A DNA stretch of 64,000 nt, from assembly GCA_963693365.1 (NCBI GenBank), contig CAVNZM010000003.1, positions 1,824,768 through 1,888,767 on the forward strand, written 5' to 3'. This DNA comes from Amoebidium appalachense. Its lineage: Eukaryota > Protista > Ichthyosporea. Under the pieces are notes generated by a model, which was not told the origin of the DNA, did no database searches, and saw nothing but the letters and a program-made list of their open reading frames with translations. This document shows, piece after piece, positions 32,576-45,364 of the stretch (its first letter is position 1; the number at the start of each line of letters is the position of its first letter). The translations under genes were made by a program, and so were the position numbers.

Positions 32576-33278
32576 GAGGGGGAGACGAGGGGGGAGGGGG
32601 GAGGGGAGGGGGGGGGGAGGGGGGGGGGGGGGGGGGGGAGGAAGGGGGAAAGATGGGGAAGGGGGGGCGGGGGGGTGCACATTAGAGGGTTGGACATGTG
32701 GAAGCAAAACCAAAGGGGAAAGCACTCACGGATCCATGTGTACACACAGAATCCGACACAACGAAAAAAGGTTTTCTGGAGAGGGAGGGTGAGTGTGGGT
32801 GGGGGTGAAGGGGGGAGGGGAGGGAGAGAGAGGGGGGGGGGCGGGGGGTTCTGAGTGAAAACACACCATACAACGATGAAAACAACGTGTTTTTATGTCC
32901 ACACCCGGGGAAAGGGGGGGGGGGGGGGGGGGGGGGGGGTGGCTCTTTGAAAAACATCTTCGGGTAGTGAGAAGGGTGTCAGAGGGTAGTGAGATCAAAT
33001 GGCACATCAAGCACAAGGGTTAGGGGGGGGGGGGGGGGAGGAGGGGGGGGGGGGGGAGGGGGTGATGTATGCGTTAGAGGGTTGGAAACATGGAGGAGAC
33101 AACAAAGAGCAACAACAAAACGTCACAAAAGTGGTGAAATCCAAAATCGGAGAGCAGAATGTGTTACTGGGTACGAAGTGCCCATTATTAACTGACAACA
33201 CAACACAAAGTGCAAAGAACACATTTACAAAATGCATCATAAGCAGAGCCCATTCTCAGGGTCCGGGGGGGTGGAGAT

Positions 33279-33309
<31 letters not shown>

Positions 33310-33379
33310 GGTATAAGAGAGAGCATACGAGGGGAGCAGTGCCCTAGAAAAGAAAACAAAAATTGGAACTTACCATCCC

Positions 33380-33419
<40 letters not shown>

Positions 33420-35222
33420 TTCCCCCCAAAGCACACACACACACACAACAGCCGCTCACCATGTCCCAGCGAACCTTGCTCCTTCCACACCAAAACATGA
33501 AACCACACGTGCACACACGCAGAGGCACACAGGCACAAGTACAAGGCAAAAAAAAAAAAGAGGGGGGGGGGGGGGGGGGGGGGGGCACCTACCCATAGTG
33601 CCGACATCCACGTAACCGCCGCAGATGCCCCCAAGGCAACAGCCAATCGGATGTCAGGAAGAACAGCCAAAAGCGGCGACGGCGCATCTGGAAGCGCCTT
33701 CCGAAAATATCTCCGAATAAAAACCACCGCGTATGATATTCTCATGGACATATTTACGCAATTTCCCGCTATAAACCCCGCTGCGCCGAGTGATGACCGG
33801 GTGAAAATTAGGGAGGATACGAGAAATACGACCGAAAATACGACCATTAACCGGTTGTAGACGTCCAGTTCGCTGGGGTTTGAAGCCGCGCTGACAAAAC
33901 ACTCACCTGCAGGAGATATATTGGATGGATAACCGGTGCGTTAGATATGCAATATAGTGGATTGTCAGCTGGTGAAAGTGTGTATCAACACACGTGGGGG
34001 ACAAACCTGCTTATCTGCACAGCACGTATAATGGGATTGAAACTTGTGGCATTCTGCTAAGAACCCTACCCTCACACCCACACACACCCACCCATCTCCC
34101 CATCGCCCGTGCCTGCTCACATGCACGTGGCGTTACGTATGCAACAAAGGTAGAGCTCATTCTCAGCGTGGGAAGGGGAGGAGGGCGGCGGGGGGGGGGG
34201 GGGGGGGGGGGGGGGGGTGCATTCATTAGCTGACATAAACTAAGGAAACAAAAAAGGTAGAACCAATCCCCCGGGCAGGCGCGTAGGCATTGGGGGGGGG
34301 GGGGGGGGGGGGGGATGCGGTATTTATTAGAGGGTGTAAACCATGGAAACATACACATTGGCAAAGCAGAGAAGTCATGGCACAAACGACGAAACAACAA
34401 CTAAGGAGAATATGCTTAAGCGTAATTCATTGTCAGGGGGATTCCTAACCCTCCACAAACAACTGAATTCAGACTAAAAAATATACATCTTGCATGCATG
34501 TGATGTTTCCTGAACCCACCCCTTTCTTCATCGATAGTAGGCAAGCGGAGAGGGGGTTAATAGGATGGGTGGGGCGGTGCAGGATGCCAGGGCTGCACAG
34601 CAAAGGGGGGAGGATGGGTGTTGGTGGTGGTGGTGGTGATGGAGAAAGAGGAGGGGGCGGGGGGGGGTTTGAATGCGTCAAAAAGTACGAAGTACACAAG
34701 AACAAACGGATAACACGATGCAGAATGCAAGCCATACATAAAGAGTATGCATAATAAGCAGAGCCCATCCTCAGGGGGGGCCCACGTCATCCACAGTACC
34801 CGAGTTTCGACCTATTCACCTCGTTAACGAAACCCAACTCAGATACTGTTTCACTTGAACACGGGTAGGTCACCCGTCTTGATCAGAGACGAGCAGGGTT
34901 GCTTATGCAGGCAAGGGCAGTGGGGGGGTGGGGGGGGGGGGGTGGGGAGGGGAGGGAGACAAAGTAGACGTACCCACACCGTTCAGAGCAAGCAACAGCA
35001 CGTAGACACAATACCACGACAGCAGATAGGGGCCTGTGCCTGCACTGAGATTGCTGCCCCCGTACAGGTCTAGAAGGATACGGGTGTAGGAGGGGCCGTA
35101 GCACACAAACACTAGCCCTACTAGCAGCCCAAACTGTGTGTGTGTGTGGGGGGGGGGGGGGGGGGGGTTAGGTGACGTGGGGGGGGGGGGGGGGGAGGGA
35201 GGGGAGCGAAAGTCCGAGGAGG

Positions 35223-35258
<36 letters not shown>

Positions 35259-35970
35259 AAGGGGAGGGATTTGGGGGGGGGAGGGGGGGGGGGGAGGGGG
35301 GGGGCGGGAAGAATGGTTAGTGTGTCTCTAGACAAATACACATGCTACGGTGGTGGTGTGTTTTTGCTTGGGTGGGTGGATGGGTTGCCGCTTGGATGAT
35401 TAAATGGGAGTGTTGGTGGATGCGGGTAAGTTCCCAGTGTTGCAAAAAGAGGAGAGATCTGACAGAAGGTGGGATTGTCTAAGGGAAACTGTGCTAGATG
35501 TGAAAGTGGTGGGTGGTGGTTGTGGTGATGATTGTCCGTCCCCCCCTCTCTCTCTCCCCCCCCCCCCCCCTCCCCCCCTCCCCCCCCCCCCACTGTGTGT
35601 GTGTGTGGAGAGGGGGGAAGGCGGGTGGGGGAAAGGAGGGGGGAGGGGGGGGGGGGGGGATGTATGCATAAGACGGTTGGCATTATGGACAGAGACGACA
35701 TCAAAAGACACACCCAAACCTTTTTTTGGGGGGGGGGAGGGGGGGGGGGGGGGGGGGGGGGATTCTTACTTTCAACAGAGTCTGCAGGGCCCTGCCAGCC
35801 AATCGCACGTTTTGTGTGACCACTGCTTTACGGGTCGGGTCGGTGGTGGTGTTGCGATCTAGCACCTTGGTGAAGAAGAGGTAGTAGCTTTCCTCTGGGG
35901 GTGTGTGTGTACGTGTGTATGTACGCGTGTGTGTACGTGTGTATGTACGCGTGTGTGTACGTGTGTGTGT

Positions 35971-36008
<38 letters not shown>

Positions 36009-36252
36009 GAAAGAAGGGAGGGGGGGAAGGGAGGGTATGTGTGTGGGTGTGTGGCTGTATGTGTGTTTGTGCGTATGTATATAGGTGGGTGGGTGGGTGG
36101 GTGGGTGCATGCGAGCATGGGTGGGTGGGTGGGTGCACGTGCGTGCGTGCGCTCAAGTGTGTGTGTGTCTGGACCTTAATTGTTTGAGCATGTGTTTGTG
36201 GATACTTGGTTAGCGTGGGTGGTGTAAGCAGATGTTTCCTCTTTTTTTTTTT

Positions 36253-36297
<45 letters not shown>

Positions 36298-37827
36298 GGG
36301 GGAGGGGGAGACAGAAAGATAAAGCCACAAAAGGTATGGGTTCGTGTTACCGAGATGATTGGTTGGTACATAATGTGTGGGTGTGTGTGTGTGTGTGTGT
36401 GTGTGTGGTAGGAGGGTCTTGGGGATGGGGAGGGGAGAGGTTTGGGGGTTAGGGGGTTTTTTTTTTCTTGGGGGGGGGGGGGGAGGGGGGGGGGGGTTTG
36501 AAGGGGGGGGGGGGGGGGGGGGGGGGGGGGGATGTGTTTTGGTGGTGTTGTGGTGATTTCAGTAGTGTTTGTGTGTGCGCTTGAAAAAACCAAAAACAGA
36601 ACAGGACAAACTCACAACATGCCCCATAGACACAATCAGATGTTTGTGCATGTGTGTGTGTTCGTTTGTGTGCCTGCGTCGAGGGTGGGGGGTGGGGGGG
36701 GGATGGGGTGTGTGTGTGTGGGAGGGGGGGGGGGGGGGGGGAGGGGGGGGGTTATAATGCAATTACCGATGGGTGAGAACAGAAAACGGGCGACCAGGGC
36801 CCCAAGATTGCTGATGACGTCAAACACCCCTTGCTCACCAAAATCAATCACGGCAAACAGCGTCATAATGTACCGCTCACCTGGATATACGAGGTTAGGG
36901 ATATACGGAGTTAGGGATATACGTGGTTAGGGGTATACGTGGTTAGGGATCTACGGGGTTAGAGATTTACGTGGTTGGTGATATACGGCGTGAGGGATAT
37001 ATGCGGTTGGGAATATATGCGGTTGGGGGGATATACACAGGTAAGCATATACACAGGTGGGGATATACGAGGTTAGAGATATACGAGGTTGGGGATATAC
37101 GTGGTTAAACAGTGTCATGATGTACCGCTCACCTGGATAAAAATGGTTATGGATATACGAACTTAGACACGTATGCGTTAAGGAATGAATGAGGTTAGGG
37201 GTATACACAGGTAGGGATTAAACGTGGATAGAAATATACGAAGAAAGGGATGTATGTAGATATAGAGAAATAAGTGGTTTAAGAATATACGTGGTTAGGG
37301 ATAAGGTGTGGTTGGGGATATACGTGGTTAGAGAGTGTGAACGGTCAAGGGGAAAATACGCGGTTAGAAAAAAACACGGTTAGGCATATGTACATATATA
37401 ATTAGGGATATATACGTCGTTAGGGATATACACTCTGAGGGACATACACGAATGGGGTATATGGTTAGGGCTATAAGTGTTACGTGTATACACGGTTAGG
37501 GATATCCGCAGTCAGTGATACGATTATTTGTGGATCTGTTAACAAGAAACATCTGTCAGGCCTCTGGACAGGCATAGTCGAAGAGGGGTATACGGGCCTT
37601 TGACCTGCTTATCTATGCCCGTTGAGGAATAAACGATTGTACACGTCCATAGCGATATGACTTGTTTCTGATATTTTTGATATTTTGGATTTTTCGAGCT
37701 ACAAACCCTCGTGTGTAGGACCGTGAGCACTTGCATAGACATTCGCTCACACAATGACAACCCTTCCCCCCTCCCCGCCCCCAACCGTTTCTAAGTCCCC
37801 CCCCCCCCCTCCGCCCTCCCTCCCCCC

Positions 37828-37858
<31 letters not shown>

Positions 37859-38113
37859 ACACCCACCTTCGGTCAGCAACTGCTTCACGAGCGACTGCTT
37901 GAAAAACGACACCACGAGAGGCATCACGGACTCATGATTTGGAACAATTTCATTGGATGCCTGGGCATGCGGCAGCAGCTCACCGACACCTTTGATTGGT
38001 AGAAGGGGCTTAACCTCGGTTTGGTCTTTTTCGAGCTTCTGCCGGGTAAAAGCTGGGTGTGGGATTAACCCAATGAGGTGAGTGTGTGTATGTGCATGTA
38101 TGTGTGTGTGTCT

Positions 38114-38154
<41 letters not shown>

Positions 38155-39435
38155 CAATGACAAAGCCTAATACACCAACACGCGAGGAAAAAGGGAGACA
38201 TGCACTGGCCAAGAAACCACACATGCACAACATTCGCGTACAAAAACACGCAAAAGCAAATGGTAGAATGTACGCATCGCACCACCAGAGATCACGAGAC
38301 ATTGGGCAATATAGTACACACACAGAACTTTTTAACGAGCCAATAGCATACCATAATAAACCGGCACCAGCAAAACGGAGAACAGGCATTGGGCAATACA
38401 CCACACACATACACATGCTAGGCTTTCAAGATTTAATCAGCCGAATACGTACCGTAATAGCCCAACACCAGTATAATGGAGAACAGGCATTGGGCGATTC
38501 CAAACAGCAGCAGGCCCAGGTCTGGGCGCAGCAGAACCAAGGCCACGGTCAGAACACACCGCACAGTCAGCGCTAGACCTGTGAAAATGTTGGAAATTTA
38601 GTTTGCAGGATAGATTTGCTCATCTCCGTACATACTGGAGGCTGTTAGTTTAGCAAAAACATTAACCTACCACGCTTGGATGTTAGTCTAAGCTTCTATG
38701 CTACCAATAGCAAATAATACGAGCAACACAGGAAATATATCTCCACTCCATCGTATATTCTGCTTTTGTAGACTCTTATCCATGCACGAAACTAACAGTT
38801 TATCCCATTATTGAATTTCACTTGCGTGACATTCAGTAATCCCCTCGGCCTAACTTAGAAACCAGTGCAGGAAGAATATCCATAGCCTCGTTATTGCATG
38901 AGCATGAATTAAATCTGTTTGAAGGTGGTAGATATGCAGGTGAGAGAAACAGCGGAAAGATTTTTTACTTGGACTGGCCAGGGAGAAGGGAGGGCTAGGA
39001 TGTGGCAACACTATGCGACGTAGCACGTTCACAAAGGGTAAGTACACGTGCCACAACAAGCATATACAATAATGGTACCCAGGGTATGCAACGTGCTTAG
39101 AACCCTTCCCCATTTGGAGCCCCGGCCATCCACAATACTCGGGTTTCGATCCATTCACCCCTCACAAAGGAGATTGGAAGAGGAGGATGGGGTGGGGTAG
39201 GGTAAGGTGGGGTGGGGGGAAGAGGGGCGGGGGAGGGGGGGGGGGGGGGGGTTACCTTCGATCAGGACTCTTGCACCCACAAACAGGTGTACCTGACAGA
39301 AGATGAATGCTGGCTCGGCCAATAATTCAATAACTACGGCAATACAATACAGGGCAACACTGGTTTTTTTTTTGTTTGTTTTTTTTGAGAGGGGGGGGAG
39401 AGGGGAGGGAGGGGTGTGTGTGTGTGTTTGTTTGT

Positions 39436-39474
<39 letters not shown>

Positions 39475-40327
39475 CGTGTTTGTGTGTGTGTTTGGACGGG
39501 GGAGAGGGGCAAGGGAGTTGAGGAATTTAGTGGGGGGAGTGGGGGGAGAATAGAGAATATTAGCCACAAGAAAGAGACAGGAGAGATTGGGAGAAAGGAG
39601 GACGGAAGTAGCGAAGAGGAGGTAAGGTGGGGGGGGAGGAGGGGGGGGGGGGCAGATATTAGAATGGGAAGAAGCCATGAAAGAGAGAATGGGAAGAGAA
39701 AAGATTTGGGGCAGCCAAAAGGCAGGCCTCCCACACAAACAGAAGAGCCCACACCCACCAAATCGAAGAAAAACTGACACGAGTATACACATTCCTCCCC
39801 CCTCCCCACCCCTCTCCCCATTTTTCCTCTCCAACCCACGTGACTCTCTCTCCATCAGCGAACCCCATCATTGCCCACCTCCCCCCCATACCTCTCTCCC
39901 CCCCCCCCCCCCCCCCCCCCCCCCGCGGCCCCCCCTCCCCCCCCTCCCATTCCCCCTCGGTCCCCCCCCCCCCACACACACACACACACACACGCACACA
40001 CACACAACACACACACAACATACACACACACACACACACGACACACACGCACACTCATAAACTCACTCATTCACACACACCAGGTCACCACATTTCCTTC
40101 CCTCTACCCAAATTTTTTCTACGATCCCCCCTCCCACTCCCCACCCCACCCCCCAAGCCCTCCCTGCTGACAGTTCCCTCCACCCGTTCCGTACATTTTT
40201 TTTATCCCAACAGGTCGTACATCCAACCCCCTCTATCTTATGTAGACAGGAGCAAGGGAGGAAAGAAAGTGGAGGGGAGGGAGGGGTTGGAGTGTGAGTG
40301 TGAGTGTGAGTGTGAGTGTGAGTGTGA

Positions 40328-40381
<54 letters not shown>

Positions 40382-40762
40382 GCGTGTGTGTGTGTGTGTG
40401 TGCATGTGTGTGTGCGTGTGTGCGTGTGTGTGTGTGCATGTGCAGGCATGTATGCGGCCATGCATTCTCCACCACACCAGTTGCCTTCCCTCTTTTTCCG
40501 AAACCGAAACCTGGGTTAGAAGGACGGAGGAGAGGGGGGCCGGGGGCGGGGGGCGGGGGGCGGGGGCCGGGGGGCGGGGGCCGGGGGGGGGAAGGGGGGG
40601 GAGGAGGGGGGGGGAGGGGGGGAGGACCTAAGCCTCACCTCTCATGGTAGTAGAGGAGGTCTTCACCCGGCTGCTCCAGTTTGTATGCCCAAATATAGCC
40701 AAAGAAGAAAGACGTGACTACACCAAAAGGCACACTGTGTGTGTGTACATGTGTGTGTGTGT

Positions 40763-40811
<49 letters not shown>

Positions 40812-41937
40812 GAGTGTGTGTGCGTCTGTGTGTGCGTCTGTGTGTGTGGGTGGGTAGGTGTGTTGGTGTGCGGGTGTGCGTGTGTGTGTGGGTAGGCAAT
40901 GTGTGGGTGGGTGGGGGGGGGGGGGTTGAATGCGGAACACGGTACGAAGTACGCATACACGATGAGAAGTATGGTGCAGGACACATGCAAAGGCAAACAT
41001 TCAAGGATGCAACATCAGCCATGCGCACAGTATGCGTCATAAGCAGAGCCCATCCTCAGGGAGGGCCCAAGTCATCAATTGCGTCTGAGTTTCGACCCCT
41101 TAGCCCGCGTATATACGACTCTCCAACTCAGACAGCAGCATCAACTGAACTTGGGAGGGTCAACCCGTCTTGATCAAAGACGAGCAGGGTTGCTTATGCA
41201 AGCAAGGTGAGCAAAACGGTGAAGATGTGTGTGCAAACTAAAGCAGTGCAGCGAAAAATGCGTATGTGCTTACAGATGCACGACACAGAGCAACCATGCC
41301 CGGTTGCATGGAAGTAAAGCGGTCTCCACACAGTGGTCTGTCCTGAAAGGACACCTCTGAAAGAAGACTGGGGGGGTTTGAATGCGGAACACGGTACGAA
41401 GTACGCATACACGATGAGAAGTATGGTGCAGGACACATGCATAGGCAAACATTCAAGTATGCAACATCAGCCATGCGCACAGTATGCGTCATAAGCAGAG
41501 CCCAGCCTCAGGGAGGGCCCAAGTCATCAATTGGGGGGGAGGGGGGGGGTATCCTGGGGGGCAGCAGAGGGGGGGGGGGGGGGGGGGGGAGGGGGGAGGG
41601 AGAGGGGGGTAAGAACCACATAAGTGTTAAAACCTGTGTGTATGTGTTGTGTGTAAGTGTGTGTGCGTGTGTGTGTGTCTGTGAGTGTGCGTGTGCTTGT
41701 GTGCATTTACACACGTGTGTGTGCTTGTGCGGGTGTGTGTGTGTGCGTGTTGAGGAAGGGGAGGGGAGGGGTGAGGTGTGTGAGTGTGGTGGGGGGAGGA
41801 GGGGAGGGGGAATGGGACGGGAGGGGGAATGGGACGGGAGCGGGAGGTGGGGAGAGCATTTAATTTTGATTTCTTCTTTTGTATTTTTTTTTCCGGTGTT
41901 GTTGTGTGTGTGTGTGTATGTGCTTGTGTGTGTGTGT

Positions 41938-41994
<57 letters not shown>

Positions 41995-42158
41995 AGGTTG
42001 AACACCCACCTCAGCCAAATTATGTTGTTGACTTGGTGCCACCTGTCCCTACTATAGTTTATGCAGGCCTTACGGAACCCCTCTCGGGATAAAAATAGGC
42101 ATGTGGTGTACAGCAGAGTGAGCCTGCGTGTGTGTGTGTGTGTGTGTGCGTGCGTGCG

Positions 42159-42249
<91 letters not shown>

Positions 42250-44165
42250 GAGGGGGGGAGGTATTGTGTGGATGGGTGTGTTGTGTGGGTGGGTCGGTGT
42301 GTCAGTTGGCGGGTGTGTGTGGGTGTGTGTTGTATGTGTGCAAGATTGTTATACACGAATGTGTCAAGTGGCACAAGCAAATGTCCGATAGAAATATCCC
42401 AGGTGAGATATGCAAATATGTTATATACAAGTATGTCATGTGAAACTTACAAATGTTTCAGAACAAGACATGTCAGGTGACACATGAACATGTATTTTAT
42501 TACATATTCAAAAGATAATTATGTCAGGTGATATGTGCTGATATCTAATTTACAAACTTGTCAGGTGAGATATATAAAAAAAAGAAAGAAAAAGGACAGC
42601 GTGGTGGCCGCGAAGCACCAACACATGTAAATATAAGCATGTGCACGAGGGTTGCTGAAATAATGCTATGCATCGGGAAGGTAGCAAGCCGCTTCCGAAG
42701 GGAAAAACAGAAATGTGAGTAAGAAAAGGTCGGGGGAAGGGATGAGACGGTTTTCTTTTTAATAAATTTGCATATTTTCAACCGCATACAAATATTTGGA
42801 TACTAGGGGCCAAGAGAAAGACACAACGAGTTAGCCAACTGTAGGTGCTGCATATAAGATACCTGAACACTGTATGAAAATCATAGACATTTCCGGGGGG
42901 AAGGGGGGAGGGGAGGGCTTCAAGAGGGTTGAGGGGAGGAAGGAGGTGGGCAGGAGGAGGGTTTAACAGAGCTGGGGTAAAGAGGAGCAGAGGGGGGGGG
43001 GGGGGGGGGGGGGATGGGGCTCAACAGGGCCGACAGGGGAGAAGGGGGAGAGGATTCAACAGAACCGGAGGGGGGAGGGGAGAGGGGGGGAGGGGGGAGA
43101 GGAACGGGGGATGGGTGGGATAGGCGAGATGGGGAAGTAGGGGGAGGGGGGAAGGGGGGGGGAGGAGGGGGGGGGGGGGGGGGGGAGCAGAAACAGGGAT
43201 GGGCGGGAAGGGGCAGAGGGGGAGGGTGATTGGGGGGAGGGAGGGGGAGACGGGAAGGTGCGAGGGGGAGGGGCGGAGGTTGGGGGGGGGGGGGGGGGGG
43301 GGGGGTATATACCGAACGTTTACTACTCCCAGAGTGTCCCTTGTAATGCAGCGAAGAAGAAAACCGTTCAACGCAAATGTCAACACTCGAAGCCCCACCT
43401 AAGGAGTAAAAGCTACCAGTTAGTTTGGTAGGGGAGTTTTCTAGTTTCAACGTGAACTGGTGAGCTTGGGCAAGTTCTCGAAGCGCGATCACAGCGAGAG
43501 AGGATGTGGTTGTGTTGCGCATGGGATCGGATGTCTGTGTGATGTGATGTTATTTGGGTACAAGGTAGGGGAAGAGGGGTGGAAGAGCTGAGCGTAGTGT
43601 GTGCTCAAGGGGAGGGGCAAAGCAGGCAGGGCGGGGGGGGAGGGGGAGGGGGGGGGGAGGGGGGGGGAGAGGGGAGGGGGAGGGGGAGAACAGGACAGGA
43701 GGGGGTGATGTATGCGTTAGAGGGTTGGAAATATGGAGGAGACAACAAAGAGCAACAATAAAGCGTCACAAAGGTGGGAGGGGGGGGGGGGGGGGGGGGT
43801 AAAAGCTTGTCTAGAAGGGTGTAAGGTAGCAAAGGAAAGATCACCTGTGAAAGGGAGCGGGAAAGGGTTGAGGGGGGAGGGGGGCGGGGGGGGAGGGGGT
43901 GGGGGGGGGGCGGTGGGGAGGCATTCAAGGCTTTCATATGCTTAAAAAGAATGTCTGTCTGGTGTTACCGAGAAGTCCGCTTGGGAGACGCAGAGAAAAA
44001 CAAAAAAAGTGGGGAGTTTACACAAAACCTTCTATAGTCTTCATAGCTCACCTGCAAGAGGATGTTGTATGTGGCTGCCGATGCCGCAGTCCGCATAACA
44101 GACTCGTTCGATTCTTTTGCATCCTTGTGTGCATCGTCCTTCCCTGGCTTGCCAGTATCCTCCAT
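31668..44165 (-). CDS. RFT1: Man5GlcNAc2-PP-dolichol translocation protein RFT1
   Basis: 13 exons: 44165-44052, 43398-43313, 42123-42010, 40734-40639, 39359-39256, 38578-38453, 38052-37867, 36880-36767, 35894-35770, 35133-34974, 33906-33593, 32491-32375, 31733-31668. All introns are GT-AG and in phase. Diagnostic motifs include [87 protein letters not shown] and [14 protein letters not shown]. Confidence 0.95.
33062..33265 (-). mobile_element. Family C retro-repeat, longest copy, truncated inside the shared core
   Basis: Starts at poly-G on the plus strand. It contains the gggtacgaagtgccc hairpin and cataagcagagcccattctcaggg, both shared with families A and B. Confidence 0.75.
34668..34924 (-). 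mobile_element. Family B retro-repeat with complete ribozyme-like core (34754-34907)
   Basis: Near-identical to the reverse complement of 24777-25036, bounded by G-runs, in an RFT1 intron in sense orientation. Confidence 0.9.
36884..37507. repeat. Degenerate ~16-bp minisatellite (ggttagggatatacgt)n
   Basis: Dozens of degenerate units containing TTAGGG, abutting the RFT1 acceptor at 36881. Confidence 0.85.
40926..41533 (-). mobile_element. Family A retro-repeat, head-to-tail 1.35-mer of a 452-nt unit
   Basis: ttgaatgcggaacacgg starts at 40926 and again at 41378, with an internal G7 at the junction. Both ends lie in G-runs. The core RNA is at 41038-41198. Confidence 0.92.
41038..41198 (-). 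ncRNA. Candidate non-circularly permuted hammerhead ribozyme with kink-turn (family A)
   Basis: On the minus strand, GACCCU (41161-41156) pairs with GGGGUC, and GAAA is at 41093-41090. Stem III is GUCUGAGU/ACUCAGAC, with predicted cleavage between 41125 and 41124. Stem I is GGAG/CUCC, and CUGAGGA is at 41059-41053. Confidence 0.65.
43706..43776 (-). mobile_element. Family C retro-repeat, 3'-end fragment
   Basis: Near-identical to 33062-33132. Confidence 0.8.
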
Positions 44166-44970
44166 GTTTACATGTACCTTGTGTGAACAAATAGGAAAAG
44201 TTGCTGGCCTTGAGTGACGAAGGAGCTCAAAACGCTAACAGGAACACGGCTTCTAAAAACTCCGGCAAGCTCTAGAGAATGTGACACCTTCGTAGAAGCA
44301 CCACGATCTTAAGCAACGGCCTAATCGTTCGGGGAATCAAAGTCAGCTGATAGTGCACACACCGCACACGTGTGCAAAATAAACGTTTCAGAACATGTCG
44401 CCTAGACTATGAAAAAACTTTTGCAGCATACATATGTAGGTAATACCAGTAATTTTCTATCATCACCCCCTTTTCTTTGCACCGTAACTCACAGTGTAGG
44501 TACTAACTACAATAGCTAGCACTTGAAAACCTCACGGTTGTTCAGGAATTTTATCGATTACGTAACAGGCATCTACAAAAGGGGTTTAGCTGTGTGACAC
44601 GTGCACTGTCGGGGGCCCAGCCACACTCGACGGCCTACTGCGTTTTCCAGCGCAGCCAATCAAATGCAGCTAGTGAGATGATTTCATGGTGAATGTTTTG
44701 TATGGACTGTATGTACATGCCAGGCAACAATTAGCGCCATCGTAGTATACGACACCCCTATTACATATTATGGGTAAGCAGAGGCAAGAGAAAACCCTCC
44801 AATATAGAGTGTACCGATAGTCTTACATCAGATACCCTTACTTGTGCCATCTTGGAGACTACATCAGACTGTGTTGCAAGCTTCTTTTCCATGCATGCAA
44901 AGGGTGGGGGGAAGCTTTAGCCGGGTAAGGGAGAGGTGGGCGAGCGGGGTTGAAAAGAGGGTGGGTGGGT

Positions 44971-45001
<31 letters not shown>

Positions 45002-45009
45002 GGGGGCTT

Positions 45010-45067
<58 letters not shown>

Positions 45068-45364
45068 TGAAGCAGTAAGATGCTCAAAGTCTAGATCTTC
45101 CGGCTCATGTTTGCGTGGTGACCGGTATTCAGTCCATACAAAACATTCACCATGAAATCATACCAGATTTTTGAAAGGTAGAGTTCGAGATTGCCTGTTT
45201 ATTATGGGCAGTCCAGCTAGCCCAGACAATGATTGCGAGAAACAATAGAAATAAAACAACACAAGAAACAATAGAAACTAAACAACGATGCAAAAAGGGT
45301 TAAACGATGCCTTGCTACGCTCACATTTTTCGTTACCTCTAAATATTCTCAACCAACGATGCTT

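Noticed and set aside
35396-35463. C/D-like GAUGAUU...CUGA segment in an RFT1 intron
   Set aside because: It is antisense to the host gene, box C is imperfect, and there is no terminal stem.
41050-41080. Box C/D snoRNA or SECIS reading of UGAUGA...CUGA in family A
   Set aside because: The motifs are only 12 nt apart with no guide region or SECIS apical loop. They are better explained as a k-turn strand and the hammerhead core.
40926-41200. TnpB/Fanzor omega-RNA or IS200/605-like end (TCAA/TCAC termini)
   Set aside because: There is no nuclease or transposase ORF and no conserved left end. Variable 5' truncation and tandem units fit reverse transcription better.
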